From positions 1,209 through 65,208 of the forward strand of contig DATKLO010000101.1 of the NCBI GenBank assembly GCA_035542375.1: 64,000 bases of DNA, written 5' to 3'. Shown piece after piece: positions 37,163 through 47,588 of the stretch. A program made the position numbers and the translations under genes. How positions within the stretch are numbered: the stretch's first letter is position 1; each line of letters starts with the position of its first letter. The DNA comes from Steroidobacteraceae bacterium. Its GTDB lineage: Bacteria; Pseudomonadota; Gammaproteobacteria; Steroidobacterales; Steroidobacteraceae. The notes under the pieces were generated by a model, which was not told the DNA's origin, did no database searches, and saw only the letters and a list, made by a program, of their open reading frames with translations.

Positions 37163-37823
37163 CCGACCCGTCTGGGAGAGTCTGCTCTCCTGGCACGCCC
37201 CTTTGTCCATCGGAAATGATCTGGCGCGACGGTTCGCGCCCGATGTGAATCTGTTCGCCTCGGCGCGCGATGACAGCCCCGCCGCGCTCACCGCACTGAC
37301 GAAGCTGGTGCAACCTGGCGGACGCCTCTTCATCCTCCAGGTTCCACCGATCGTCGTACCTCCCGGTGTCCGGGTCCTGAAGGTGGCCAGGGGAGTGCAG
37401 ATGATTGCGACCCGGAGCATCGATGCTCCACCCCTCGACGACATCGTGAAACTGACCGACGCCGACGCGCCGGAGATGCTGGCTTTGGCCACGCTCACGG
37501 AGCCGGGGCCCTTCCTCGAACGCACCCACAGGATGGGTACATTTTTGGGCATCCGCATCGACGGCCGGTTGGCCGCCATGGCGGGCGAGCGCTTCCGCTT
37601 CCCGGGCCATACCGAAGTCAGCGGTGTCTGCACGCACCCAGACTTTCGCGGACGGGGGCTGGCGCGCCGGCTGTCAGCAGCGGTCGCCGCCAGCATCCAG
37701 ACGCGCGGAGATCTGCCCTTCCTGCACGCGTGGGCCACCAACCACGCAGCCATATCGCTCTATGAGTCGCTCGGGTTCGCGCTGCGCGCCGAAGTTGATG
37801 TGAAAGTGATCGAGCGTATCTGA
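37149..37823 (+). CDS. GNAT family acetyltransferase (FR47-like C-terminal domain)
   Basis: VCTHPDFRGRGLARRLSAAV...AISLYESLGF. The start at MPQLDRPVW overlaps the marR end by 14 nt. Confidence 0.8.
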   Translation: MPQLDRPVWESLLSWHAPLSIGNDLARRFAPDVNLFASARDDSPAALTALTKLVQPGGRLFILQVPPIVVPPGVRVLKVARGVQMIATRSIDAPPLDDIVKLTDADAPEMLALATLTEPGPFLERTHRMGTFLGIRIDGRLAAMAGERFRFPGHTEVSGVCTHPDFRGRGLARRLSAAVAASIQTRGDLPFLHAWATNHAAISLYESLGFALRAEVDVKVIERI

Positions 37824-38023
37824 CACTCAACGGTTCGGGCTGCCGGGCAGCGCCGCTGCGCACCGCACGATTGCGGCTTCGAGAGCAATCCGGTGGCTGT
37901 TGAAGGCGTGATCCGTGTCCATCGTCATGCTGCTCGGATGCGAGACGGGGCATGGGCCTGCTGAGCGGATTGAACCAGGCCGCGCCCCTGGCAGAGCACC
38001 CACGCCGATGGCTCATTCCGTCA

Positions 38024-40615
38024 TCAGCGGCCACCCGATTCCGGGTCGCTGCTCGAACTGCCGATGACCGCGGCAGCCTCGGCGCGTGTCCTGACACCGA
38101 GCTTGGCCAGAATCGCCGAGACGTGGTGATCGACCGTCTTGGTGGACAGATAGAGCCGCTTGGCGATGGCGGAATTGCGCATGCCCCGCGCCACCAGGGC
38201 CAGAATCTCCGCCTCGCGCCGGGTGAGCCCGAAAGCATTGCGCCGAGTCGATTCCTTGACGCCGCGGGGTACGTTGCGGACACCCTGTGCGCGCATCTTC
38301 TTGCGCAGCAGACGCTCGGCAGGCGCTGCTCCCAATTCCTTGAAAAGGGTCAACGCCTCGCGCTGCTCGGCCTCACCGCCGTGACAACACAGCACACACG
38401 CATATTCATATGTGCATCCCAGGGACTTCCACACTGCGGCGGCGCCACGCCAGTCACCGGCGATCTCGAGGGCATAAGGGTCTGAAACATCGGACGGTGT
38501 TTCATCAAGCGCTCCGACCCGAATCAACCAGACCGCAAGTTCTCCCTTCATGCGAGGATCCCGGCGCGCGCGCACCAGTTCATACGCGGTGCGAGCCTCC
38601 CGGATGACACCTTCACGGTCCTCGGTCAACCAGGCGGCCTCGGCCCGAATTGCCGCGAGCGTGCCCACCCGCTGCAGCTCACGTGCGCTACCTGCAAGCT
38701 CCTCCGCCTCCCTGATGGGTGTGGCAGCGTCGGGATCACCGCGCCGCACGCGCATGTGCCCGACGATCCGGAGCGCCGGGATCCGGGTAACAGCTGTGGC
38801 TCGCGGGTGCCGAAGCACGATCTCCGCATCCGCACTGGCGCCGTCCCAATCGTCCCGCTCGAACTTCAGACGGGCGCTGTAGGCCATGAGGTACAGCCAC
38901 CACGAATCGAGATCATGGTCCTCGCAGTACCGCAGGCCATCCTGGAGAAAAGCCAGCGCGCGCGCGTACTCGCGCCGCGAGACCGCCATCGCACAGCAGT
39001 TGGTGTAGGCGCGAGCCAGTTCGATCTGCAGGCCCTGTTTCAAGGCAATCCCGAGGCAGCGCTCGAGATCCGCCCAGCCGGCTTCATCCGCAGCGATCAG
39101 CCGGGTCGTGCCGCGCGTGTTCAGTGCATCGGCGAGTATCTCAAGCTGTCGGTTGGGTTCCGCCCAGGCGATGGCACGCCCCGCCCATTCGATCGCGGAA
39201 TCGATCTCGTGCGCCTCCATGTCGAGCTGCGCCCGGTTGGCATACGCCATGGCGAGCTCCGCGCCGGGCGGATCGGAACCCAGAATCCCGACCGATTCCG
39301 CCGCGTACTGTTCCGCCTGGCGACGCCGCCCCACGAACCAATGAAGCCGCGACAGCCAGCGCAGGGTATCGGCTTGCTTGAGGCGATTGCCCGCAAGACG
39401 CCAGACCCGCAGGGCCGCCTCGCGCGCGACGATGGCGCGTTCATGCTGGCTGGTGAGGTAGCACTCGAAAGCGAGTAGTTCCTGAAGGCGGGTACGCTCC
39501 AGTGGGGAAACATCGTCCGAATAGCGCAACGCCATCTCGTAATGCGACACCGCCTCCCGGTGCGCACCCACCGTTGCGGCCTGATCGGCCGCGATGGCGG
39601 CGAGCCTGCGGACTGCGTCGCCATCGCGAGCACCGTCGGCGTGGTGGGCAAGCCTGGCTGCCGACACATCCGGGCGGCCAGTGAGCGCTTTAAGTGCCGC
39701 GGCATGCAGACTCTGCCGCTGTTGCGGAAACAGCGAGTCCTCGAGCGCTCGCCGCACGAGCTCATGCCGGAACCCGATCGAGCCATCCGCATGCAGCACC
39801 ATCCCCATGCTGACACAACCGGCGATCCCCGACTGGTCAACGCACAGCGCGCTCTCGAGCAACCAGGGTTCAGCCTTGCCCGGCACGACACAGACGAATT
39901 CCGCGATCGCACGGGCCGAGGGTGAGAGCCGCGCCGCGCGCGCGAGCACGGCATCACGCACGGTCGCCGGCACGGAATCAACACCCGAAGCGAGAACCTC
40001 CGTCACGAACAGAGGGTTGCCCCCGGTGATCTTGTAGAGATCACCGGCCGCATGCGCCGCCACGCCGGCGAGTTCCGCCACGGCCGATTCCGACAGGGGC
40101 ACGAGAGACACCCTTCGTGTGCTGGCGCTCGGCAAGTCACCGATGACCATCCGCAGAGGATGTTGCGTACCGAGCTCATCGTCCCGGAATGTCGCGGCAA
40201 TCATCGAACGCGTGGTGTGAATGCGCCGGCCGAGAAACTTCAGCAGGTCGAGTGTCGCTTCATCCGCCCAGTGCATGTCCTCGAGTACGAGCAGGATGGA
40301 TTCGCGCTCGAGTACGGTCAGAGCCAGTGAAAACACGTGTTCGCGCCGATCCTTGGAAGTCAGCGCCTCCAGTAGCTCGCCTCGTATCTGTCGGGCGATG
40401 TCCCAGACCGGTGCCAGCGGCCGGGGCGTCGACAGATCGTCACACCCGCCCCACAACACGCGGACGCCCGCCCGGGACGCGAACTCACGCAGCAGCGTTG
40501 TCTTGCCGACGCCAGCTTCGCCGCCGATGAGCATCACGCAGCCCGCTCGAGTGCGCGCGGCCTCGAGCCACATCGCGAGGTCGGTCAGCAACCGGTCTCT
40601 TTCCAGCAGTTTCAC
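38024..40615 (-). CDS. Large ATP-binding LuxR-family regulator (LAL/MalT-like), paralog of 33904..36498
   Basis: Same architecture as its paralog. The N-terminal about 150 aa are very similar ([39 protein letters not shown] identical run). LuxR HTH at the C-terminus. Confidence 0.9.
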   Translation of the reverse strand: MKLLERDRLLTDLAMWLEAARTRAGCVMLIGGEAGVGKTTLLREFASRAGVRVLWGGCDDLSTPRPLAPVWDIARQIRGELLEALTSKDRREHVFSLALTVLERESILLVLEDMHWADEATLDLLKFLGRRIHTTRSMIAATFRDDELGTQHPLRMVIGDLPSASTRRVSLVPLSESAVAELAGVAAHAAGDLYKITGGNPLFVTEVLASGVDSVPATVRDAVLARAARLSPSARAIAEFVCVVPGKAEPWLLESALCVDQSGIAGCVSMGMVLHADGSIGFRHELVRRALEDSLFPQQRQSLHAAALKALTGRPDVSAARLAHHADGARDGDAVRRLAAIAADQAATVGAHREAVSHYEMALRYSDDVSPLERTRLQELLAFECYLTSQHERAIVAREAALRVWRLAGNRLKQADTLRWLSRLHWFVGRRRQAEQYAAESVGILGSDPPGAELAMAYANRAQLDMEAHEIDSAIEWAGRAIAWAEPNRQLEILADALNTRGTTRLIAADEAGWADLERCLGIALKQGLQIELARAYTNCCAMAVSRREYARALAFLQDGLRYCEDHDLDSWWLYLMAYSARLKFERDDWDGASADAEIVLRHPRATAVTRIPALRIVGHMRVRRGDPDAATPIREAEELAGSARELQRVGTLAAIRAEAAWLTEDREGVIREARTAYELVRARRDPRMKGELAVWLIRVGALDETPSDVSDPYALEIAGDWRGAAAVWKSLGCTYEYACVLCCHGGEAEQREALTLFKELGAAPAERLLRKKMRAQGVRNVPRGVKESTRRNAFGLTRREAEILALVARGMRNSAIAKRLYLSTKTVDHHVSAILAKLGVRTRAEAAAVIGSSSSDPESGGR

Positions 40616-40716
40616 GTATTTGGCAGGCGCTTCGGTCCGGGAACCGACAGTTTTAGCCGATCGGTGCCGTCACCGCAAAAGCGGCCCGCGATCCTCCGGG
40701 TGCGCGCGGTTCCCGC

Positions 40717-42069
40717 TCAGGACGGCGCGTAGTCGGGGGCCCGGGTATGGCGCGAACGAGCCGCGAATGCATAGGCAGGCAAGCACAGGGACAGGAACAG
40801 GACGGCGGTCAGTCCGGAGCGCCAGTCCTCGATGAGTGCCGCGACCAGAAAACTCAGCGAACCGGCCAGCACGATGCCCGTGGAGAACGGATACCCGAGA
40901 GCCCTGTAGGGACGCGGCAGGGCGGGATTGCGCCATCGCAGTGCAAATACGGACGCGAACGTGACCACGTAATTCAGCAGGATCAGCACGGCGAACAGCG
41001 CGATCAGTTGATTGAAACTGCCGGTCAGTATCATCGCGGTGCTTGTCACCGTCGTCGCGATCAGTGCCGCATGGGGGGTACCGCCAGTGTTCACGCCGGC
41101 CAGAGCAGCGGGTATCCAGCCCTCGCGAGCCATCGAGAAGAGGACGCGAGACCCGATGATGACATTGCCGTTGACCAGGTTCAGTGCGATCAGGATCGAG
41201 ATGGCAGTCATCAATGCGCCGCTGCCGTGTGGCAGAACGACATCCGCCGCCGTGGCGGCTGGCAGTGTCGAGGCAGCGAGTACCGGAATCGGCAGCACGC
41301 GCAGGAAGGCATAGTTGATGAGCAGGTACAGGCCCACCACCATCAAGGCCCCGCCAATGATGGCGCGTGGCAGGGTTCGGGAGCAGTCCAGACTCTCCTC
41401 CGCGGTGTAGACCGGCGCATACCAGCCATCGTAGGCAGTGAGGATGGCGCGAATGGCCGGTACGATCGCCAGCAAGGTTCCAGCCGCAGTGGTGCCCGCG
41501 GCATTGAGCACGGCCCCGTTCGCGGCGGTCGCCGGCGCAACCGGATGGGACATAAAGCACGCCCCGATCAGGACCATCAGAAGAATGCCGGTTGCGGCGC
41601 TGACGCCCGAAATGAGCGAACTGCCGAGGCGCACGCCCGCCAGGTGCATCACGGTGAACAGGATCAGTATTGCGCTCGCCGCGACGCTTTCGTATCGCGC
41701 CAGGACTGGCCACAGCGTGGCGAGAAACTGGATCGCCGCGACGGCGCCATAGGCCAGAGTGGCCACGGAGGCCAGCCAGTCAACCCAGCCGACCACGAAG
41801 CCGGCTCCTTCGCCGAAGGCATGACGGGCGAAGACCCGGAGCCCGCCAGCCTCAGGGTATGCAGCGGCCAGCTCCGAGACGGAGACCGCTCCCATGAGCG
41901 CGTACAGGCCTCCCAAACACCAGCAGATCATGATGAGGCCAGGACTGCCCATGGCCGCCGCCACCATGCCGGGCAAACGCAGGATGCCGATGCCCACCAT
42001 GGTCCCGAACACGAAAGCCAGGCCGAATCCCAACCCCAGTATCCGTCGCAGCCGCCGTGAAGAACTCAT
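40717..42069 (-). CDS. APC superfamily amino acid/polyamine permease
   Basis: 450 aa, about 12 TM helices, typical N-terminal LGLGFGLAFVFGTMVGIGIL motif. Confidence 0.9.
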   Translation of the reverse strand: MSSSRRLRRILGLGFGLAFVFGTMVGIGILRLPGMVAAAMGSPGLIMICWCLGGLYALMGAVSVSELAAAYPEAGGLRVFARHAFGEGAGFVVGWVDWLASVATLAYGAVAAIQFLATLWPVLARYESVAASAILILFTVMHLAGVRLGSSLISGVSAATGILLMVLIGACFMSHPVAPATAANGAVLNAAGTTAAGTLLAIVPAIRAILTAYDGWYAPVYTAEESLDCSRTLPRAIIGGALMVVGLYLLINYAFLRVLPIPVLAASTLPAATAADVVLPHGSGALMTAISILIALNLVNGNVIIGSRVLFSMAREGWIPAALAGVNTGGTPHAALIATTVTSTAMILTGSFNQLIALFAVLILLNYVVTFASVFALRWRNPALPRPYRALGYPFSTGIVLAGSLSFLVAALIEDWRSGLTAVLFLSLCLPAYAFAARSRHTRAPDYAPS

Positions 42070-42394
42070 GCGGCGGCTGCCGACAGGCGCCCGGTGCAGC
42101 GCGGATGGACTGTTTCAGTCATTGTGACCGCTGCCCGTTCGGGTGATGGCCCGGGGACCCCGGACCGAGGGTATGTCATATCCCTGTGCAATTCCAAGCA
42201 TTCGGCTGGGTCTGGTTGAGTTCCACGGTCGCGCGAGCGGCTGCGGTGCCCTCCGGGTCCACTCTGCGCCAAACCCGACAATATGCCTCCCAACCCATAC
42301 GCACTTACCCTCGCCTCCTAGGTAGACGCCACGCTGGTCAGCTTTGTACGACAGACTATCTTGATGGCACCTCTGGCATCCCGGGCGCGCACTC

Positions 42395-43825
42395 ATGCGA
42401 ATCGAAGGCCGTCGCTACTTTCAGTGCGCCATCGCATGCTCCGGACTGCTGGCGTTGCTGCTCGCCTTCCCCGTCCGCTCGGTTCCGAGCTTTGCACGGC
42501 AAACCGGGATGGCCTGCGAGGCCTGTCACACGGTTTACCCGGAACTGACCCACTTCGGCCGGGTCTTCAAAGCCAACGGTTACGTCCTGGACAACGTGAA
42601 ACAGGTCCGGGACGTGGACGCCCGCAGATCCGAACTGCTCGAGCTCGCGCAGATTCCGCCGCTGTCGATCATGGCTCAGGTCTCGTACACGCAGCTGAAG
42701 ACTCCGCTGCCGGACCTCGCTAACGTCTCGGTCCCGGGTGAAGCGCAAAACGGCACGGCCGCATTTCCGCAGCAGCTGAGCCTGTTCTATGCGGGCAAGA
42801 TCGCGCCGCATTTCGGCGCCTTCTTCCAGCTCACCTATGGCAACGATTCGGGCTCCATCGGCATCGACAATACCGACCTGCGCTTCGCCGACATGCGGAT
42901 TCTGGGCGAGGATCGCAGCCTGATCTACGGCGTCTCGGTCAACAACAATCCCACCGTGCAGGACTTGTGGAATTCGACGCCCGCATTCGGATTTCCCTAC
43001 GCGACGAGCAACGCCATGGTGTCGCCATTGGCCGCAACGATGATCGACGGCACGCTAGCCCAGGACGTCGCGGGAATCAGCGCCTACGCGTTCTGGAACG
43101 AGTCGGCCTACGCGGAATTCGGAGTCTATCGATCGGCGAAGCAGGCTGCGGCCAACCAGCTCACCGGTGCCGCCGGCCCCCTGGACGGAACGGTATCGAA
43201 CGTCATCCACGGTGTAGCGCCGTACTGGCGATTCGCGTACGAGCATAACTGGGGCCACCATTCCCTCGAGGCGGGTCTTTATGGACTGGAAGTCAGACTG
43301 CTTCCCGGCGGCAGTCCGGCGGCGCCGTCTGCGTTGCAGGGCCCGTACAATCGCTTCAACGACGTCGCCGAGGACGTCCAGTATCAGTTCATAGCGGACC
43401 AATTCCTCGTCACGGCAGCGGCCACGCGCATCCATGAAAGCATGTCACTGGCGGCGAGCCAGGCATCCGGCGCGGCGAGCAACCTGTCTGATTCCCTGAC
43501 CACGACTCGCGTCAGTTCCACCTGCTACTATCGCAGGCGCATCGGCGGCACGCTCGCGTACTTCGCGACGACCGGCAGCGCGGACTCTGATCTGTATCCG
43601 TCCCCTGCTGCGGGGAGTGCGGGTGTGATCACCAGCGCCAACAACCGCCCAGACACGCGGGGTTGGATGCTGGAGGCGAATTACCTGCCCTGGCTCAATA
43701 CCAAGCTGTCGGTGCAGTACACACGCTACCTGAAATTCAACGGGGGCAGCGCCAATTACGATGGGGTCGGGCGTTCAGCCTCGGCAAACGACACGTGGTA
43801 CTTCCTGCTCTGGTTCGCCTACTGA
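42395..43825 (+). CDS. Fused monohaem cytochrome c / outer-membrane beta-barrel protein (Cyc2-like)
   Basis: A signal peptide is followed within about 10 residues by SFARQTGMACEACHTVYPEL (CxxCH then PxL). About 430 aa follow with alternating beta-strand character. The sequence ends FLLWFAY, an aromatic OMP C-terminus. Confidence 0.65.
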   Translation: MRIEGRRYFQCAIACSGLLALLLAFPVRSVPSFARQTGMACEACHTVYPELTHFGRVFKANGYVLDNVKQVRDVDARRSELLELAQIPPLSIMAQVSYTQLKTPLPDLANVSVPGEAQNGTAAFPQQLSLFYAGKIAPHFGAFFQLTYGNDSGSIGIDNTDLRFADMRILGEDRSLIYGVSVNNNPTVQDLWNSTPAFGFPYATSNAMVSPLAATMIDGTLAQDVAGISAYAFWNESAYAEFGVYRSAKQAAANQLTGAAGPLDGTVSNVIHGVAPYWRFAYEHNWGHHSLEAGLYGLEVRLLPGGSPAAPSALQGPYNRFNDVAEDVQYQFIADQFLVTAAATRIHESMSLAASQASGAASNLSDSLTTTRVSSTCYYRRRIGGTLAYFATTGSADSDLYPSPAAGSAGVITSANNRPDTRGWMLEANYLPWLNTKLSVQYTRYLKFNGGSANYDGVGRSASANDTWYFLLWFAY

Positions 43826-43836
43826 GAGGGATGCCC

Positions 43837-44508
43837 ATGAACAGCCATGCGCGGCCAGTCCCCCTGTTCGAGTCACGTCACTCGTTTTTTCTTGCGATCC
43901 TGGCCACAGCCATGAGCTTCGTTGCGCCGGAAGCCAATGCGCAGACGGCAAGTGACGCCGGGCACCTCGCGACTCTCAACGCACGCAATCTCGCCGTCGG
44001 CGTCTGCGGCACCTGTCATGGCGCGCGTGGCAATAGCGTGCAGCCGAAATTTCCACGGCTGGCGGGCCAGGATGCCGGTTATCTCGCCGCGCAGTTGCGC
44101 AACTTCCGTTCGCAGACACGTGGGGATCCGGACGCGATCGGATACATGTGGGGCATGGCTGCGGAATTGTCAGACGAGACCATAGAGGCGCTGGCGAAGT
44201 ACTACGCAGGCCAAAAGCCAGTTGGCGCGAACGCACGGGAAGTCTCCGCGGGCTCCCACGGCCGGGAGATCTACGAACGCGGAATCGCAGCCGAAGGTGT
44301 GCCAGCCTGCGCCGCGTGTCACGGCGCGGACGCGCACGGCACGGCGACCTTCCCTCGCCTTGCCGGTCAGCATGCCCAATATGTCCTCAAGCAGCTTGGA
44401 TCGTTCCAGACGAACATGCGCAACGTGGCCGTCATGCATGGCGTTGCGCTGAATCTGCGTCTGTCGGAGATGGAAGAGGTCGCCGCTTATCTCGAGTCTC
44501 TGCCCTAG
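43837..44508 (+). CDS. Dihaem cytochrome c4-type, periplasmic
   Basis: Two CxxCH motifs (CGTCHG, CAACHG), each followed by a Met-containing distal-ligand region. Signal peptide present. GAGGG RBS. The start lies 12 nt after the upstream stop. Confidence 0.85.
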   Translation: MNSHARPVPLFESRHSFFLAILATAMSFVAPEANAQTASDAGHLATLNARNLAVGVCGTCHGARGNSVQPKFPRLAGQDAGYLAAQLRNFRSQTRGDPDAIGYMWGMAAELSDETIEALAKYYAGQKPVGANAREVSAGSHGREIYERGIAAEGVPACAACHGADAHGTATFPRLAGQHAQYVLKQLGSFQTNMRNVAVMHGVALNLRLSEMEEVAAYLESLP

Positions 44509-44513
44509 ACGCC

Positions 44514-44963
44514 TCACTCCACTTTGACGCGCGTACCCTTCAGTGTCGTGGCAAGAGGGGACCCCCGCTCATTGCCTTCGGAATCGTAGAACCTCGCCTG
44601 CGCATCCCCCGTGAACACGTCATCCCGGACGCTGAGTGAGAAAGTGATCTCCGTGCGGCCAGCGAACCTGTGGGTGTTCCGGTCGGCCGTGATCTCCACC
44701 CACTTCCCCCTGGTCCTTCCCGCCTGTGATACCCAGACACCCTTGCCGTCGCTGTCGCTCGTTCCGGCATCCCCGGCATCCGGATTGGCCTGCTGCATGG
44801 TGCCGTCGGCGTTGAAGACGTACATGTGATACGGAAAGGGCGCCGCACTGTCCTTCACGATCCACGTTCCGACGATCGCCCTTCCGCCCTCGCCCGCCGC
44901 GGTACACGCCCACAGCGCGCACGCCATGAGCACCAAACCCGGTGCCGGCAGTATCCGGCGCAT
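44514..44963 (-). CDS. Small lipoprotein (hypothetical)
   Basis: I prefer the start MRRILPAPGLVLMAC, which has a lipobox-like LMAC. The beta-rich body has no recognised family. Confidence 0.55.
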   Translation of the reverse strand: MRRILPAPGLVLMACALWACTAAGEGGRAIVGTWIVKDSAAPFPYHMYVFNADGTMQQANPDAGDAGTSDSDGKGVWVSQAGRTRGKWVEITADRNTHRFAGRTEITFSLSVRDDVFTGDAQARFYDSEGNERGSPLATTLKGTRVKVE

Positions 44964-44977
44964 CGTGTGAAAGCGGT

Positions 44978-45838
44978 TCACGTAACGGGCTTTGAGCCGC
45001 CAAAGTAAGGCGCGAGTTCGAAGGCCCGCAACGCCTCGCACAGATCCCGGTCCTCCTCGGCAAACGCGCACACGTCGAAATACGGCACGGCGACGCCATT
45101 CACCCGGTTCGAGCACAGGTAACCGTTCAGGTCGATGAACTGCGCGGCGTGGGTCGCACCCAGATGGATGAGATAGTTGCCGAAGTTGTCGTACACGATG
45201 AAATACCGGTAGCCCGCCTGCAAGAGCGCCTGGTAGCTGCCGATGCCGTCAGCCACTCCGTTGGGCTGCTCGAACGGGGCGTATTCGTAGTACAGGACGG
45301 GCTTGAGTTCGGCCAGCAGTTCGACCGATGTCATGATGATCTGGAAGTCGAAGCCGTCCGTGTCCGTCTTGATGAGCCGCGGCCGCGAGAAGCCGGCAGC
45401 CCCCGTCAGCAGTTCGCGCAGGCTCCTGACTCTGATGTCGCCGCCCCGGTTCGGGTCGGACACCAGCTTGGCCGTGCCGGCCTCGGTACTCTGCAGGGCA
45501 TAGACGTTGGCCGATGCAGCATCCCCGACGAAGGCCGCTTCGATGGCGATATGCGGGCCGATCCGCCGCGCGTTCTCCCGCAGAAACGGCAGAAACGCCT
45601 CGCCCCCCTCGATACAGAGAGTGGGTATGTCGTGGTAGGTATTGATGAGCGCAGCGGTGTCACCGACGTTCGCCCCGATATCAATCGCCGTCGAATCCGG
45701 ATATTTCTGCCAGACGAGCCGGGCGATCTCACCGAGCGCGCGGTCGTAGCGCTTCCAGCGGGCCTGGTACCGATCCAGGGCATGATCGGCAGGCAGCTGC
45801 AGACTGGTACGGCCGATGGTGTATTCCTTTACCTGCAT
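44978..45838 (-). CDS. FkbM family methyltransferase
   Basis: IDIGANVGDT SAM motif and LIKTDTDGFDFQII, typical of the FkbM family. Confidence 0.8.
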   Translation of the reverse strand: MQVKEYTIGRTSLQLPADHALDRYQARWKRYDRALGEIARLVWQKYPDSTAIDIGANVGDTAALINTYHDIPTLCIEGGEAFLPFLRENARRIGPHIAIEAAFVGDAASANVYALQSTEAGTAKLVSDPNRGGDIRVRSLRELLTGAAGFSRPRLIKTDTDGFDFQIIMTSVELLAELKPVLYYEYAPFEQPNGVADGIGSYQALLQAGYRYFIVYDNFGNYLIHLGATHAAQFIDLNGYLCSNRVNGVAVPYFDVCAFAEEDRDLCEALRAFELAPYFGGSKPVT

Positions 45839-45936
45839 CGCACGTCAGCCGGATTTTCGGCGGAGGCCACGGGAATTTCAGAAATTGACATAGCGCGCAT
45901 CTTAGCGCGCGCACCACCTCCCGGCCCAGACGCGGG

Positions 45937-47391
45937 TCAGCGCCCTGGCGGCTTCGCTGCCACCCCGTCCCCCAGGATCGCCCGACCCGGAAACGTATAC
46001 GCCACCAGGGCGCCGTTGTTGATGAGAAGCGTTCCGTTGACGATCACGTACCTCATGCCGACGCTTGGCTCCATCGGTGCTGCATAGGTAGAGCGGTCGC
46101 GGACCGTCTTCGGATCAAACGCGATCACATCGGCGTCCGCGCCTTCCTGCAGCCTGCCCTTGCGGCGGGCGGCAGCCGTACCCTTTTCGAGGCGCTGCGC
46201 GGGCATGAGACTCATCTTGCGGATGGCGTCCATGAGGGTAAGGCGTCCCTGCTCGCGCACGTAACGCGCGAGAACCCGGGAAAAAGTACCGGCGTTGCGC
46301 GGGTGACCCCGCTCGCCGTCGCTCGCGATCATGACGAGCGGCTCGGTGACCACCTTGTCCACCATTTCCTGCGTATTGATGAACAGAAGCACCGTGACCG
46401 GATCGTGGGAGGCATGCAGCTCCTCGAAGCGCGCCTGGGTGAGGCGTTCGCCCGTATCCGGCAAGGCGATGGCGTCGTAGTCAACACCGAATTTCTCGCG
46501 CCAGCCGGGATTGAACAGCGCTGAGTTGACGTAGGTCATGCCCGCATCGTACGGATAGGCTTCGGTGCTGACATCGATGCCCCGGGCCCGGGCACCGGCG
46601 ATGAGCGCAACGCACTCCAGCCCGTCCTTCAGACAGCTGCTGTTGACGTGCACGATCTGCAGTGACGCGCCCGAGATGGTGGCCGCAGCGATGACTTCAC
46701 TGACGGACTCGATGCTCGAGCCGGGCTCGAGTCTTCCCGCACTGCGTACGTGGGTGAACACCGGCACGTGTCGTTCAGCGGCCACCTGGAACATCCGGAT
46801 CACCTCGAACCGGGTCGCACCCGGGGTGTACTGGATCCCCATGCCGACACCCAGGGCGCCGGCATCGAGCTGGCTGCGCAACCGGTTCTGCATCTGCAGG
46901 ATCTGCTGATCGCTGGCCGGATCATCCGTGGCGTGACCCGCGCGCGGTATCAGCTCATCCCCACCCAGCGGTGCATCGAAGGCGAGCGCGCGCGCGGCAC
47001 CGTGACTCGCCGTGGCGCCATAGTTGATCAGCGACCTGCCCTCTTTCCTGGCCAGGAAGGTACCGATATCCGGCGCGCCGATCTCCATTTCGAGACCGGT
47101 CGTCACGCCGTCGAATGCCTTGACGCGACCGCTCTCGTTGTCCTGGCCATGCTGATGCAGATCGATGAACCCGGGAGCCACGACCAGTCCACGGGCGTCC
47201 AGCACCCGTTTGCCGGGTAAAGGATCCGCCGAGATGCGAGTAATCCTGCCGTCGCTGATGCCGACGTTCCGGGTGGCATCCAGTCCGCTCTCCGGGTCCA
47301 TGACACGCCCGCCCTTCAGCACGAGGTCGTACTGCTCGGCGAAAGCGCCGGTGCAGAACATCGAGACGAGCAGAACGAACAGTGTGCGCAT
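45937..47391 (-). CDS. N-acyl-D-amino-acid deacylase (D-aminoacylase) family amidohydrolase, secreted
   Basis: Signal peptide, PGFIDLHQHG metal motif, family-typical length and C-terminal beta-sandwich (YVIVNGTLLI). Confidence 0.85.
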   Translation of the reverse strand: MRTLFVLLVSMFCTGAFAEQYDLVLKGGRVMDPESGLDATRNVGISDGRITRISADPLPGKRVLDARGLVVAPGFIDLHQHGQDNESGRVKAFDGVTTGLEMEIGAPDIGTFLARKEGRSLINYGATASHGAARALAFDAPLGGDELIPRAGHATDDPASDQQILQMQNRLRSQLDAGALGVGMGIQYTPGATRFEVIRMFQVAAERHVPVFTHVRSAGRLEPGSSIESVSEVIAAATISGASLQIVHVNSSCLKDGLECVALIAGARARGIDVSTEAYPYDAGMTYVNSALFNPGWREKFGVDYDAIALPDTGERLTQARFEELHASHDPVTVLLFINTQEMVDKVVTEPLVMIASDGERGHPRNAGTFSRVLARYVREQGRLTLMDAIRKMSLMPAQRLEKGTAAARRKGRLQEGADADVIAFDPKTVRDRSTYAAPMEPSVGMRYVIVNGTLLINNGALVAYTFPGRAILGDGVAAKPPGR

Positions 47392-47588
47392 GACGGAGCG
47401 GCCCCCGGATGAAATCGCCGGCTAGAATGCGCTGTAAAGCGGAAGCGGCGCAATGACGAGCGGGAGAGGCGACCCGTGTCGCTTCAGCGCAGCGCGATGT
47501 CGCTCTTATGCAACAATTGTGACGGGGAGCGTTCATTGATTGGCCGCCGCGTTCGTGTAATTGACAACGTCACCGCTTGCGGTTTCTT

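Noticed and set aside
42365-42380. TGGCACCTCTGGCAT upstream of the Cyc2-like gene, resembling a sigma-54 -24/-12 promoter
   Set aside because: The GG-to-GC spacing is two nucleotides shorter than the TGGCAC-N5-TTGC consensus, and no enhancer-binding protein gene is nearby. It also lies only about 15 nt from the start codon.
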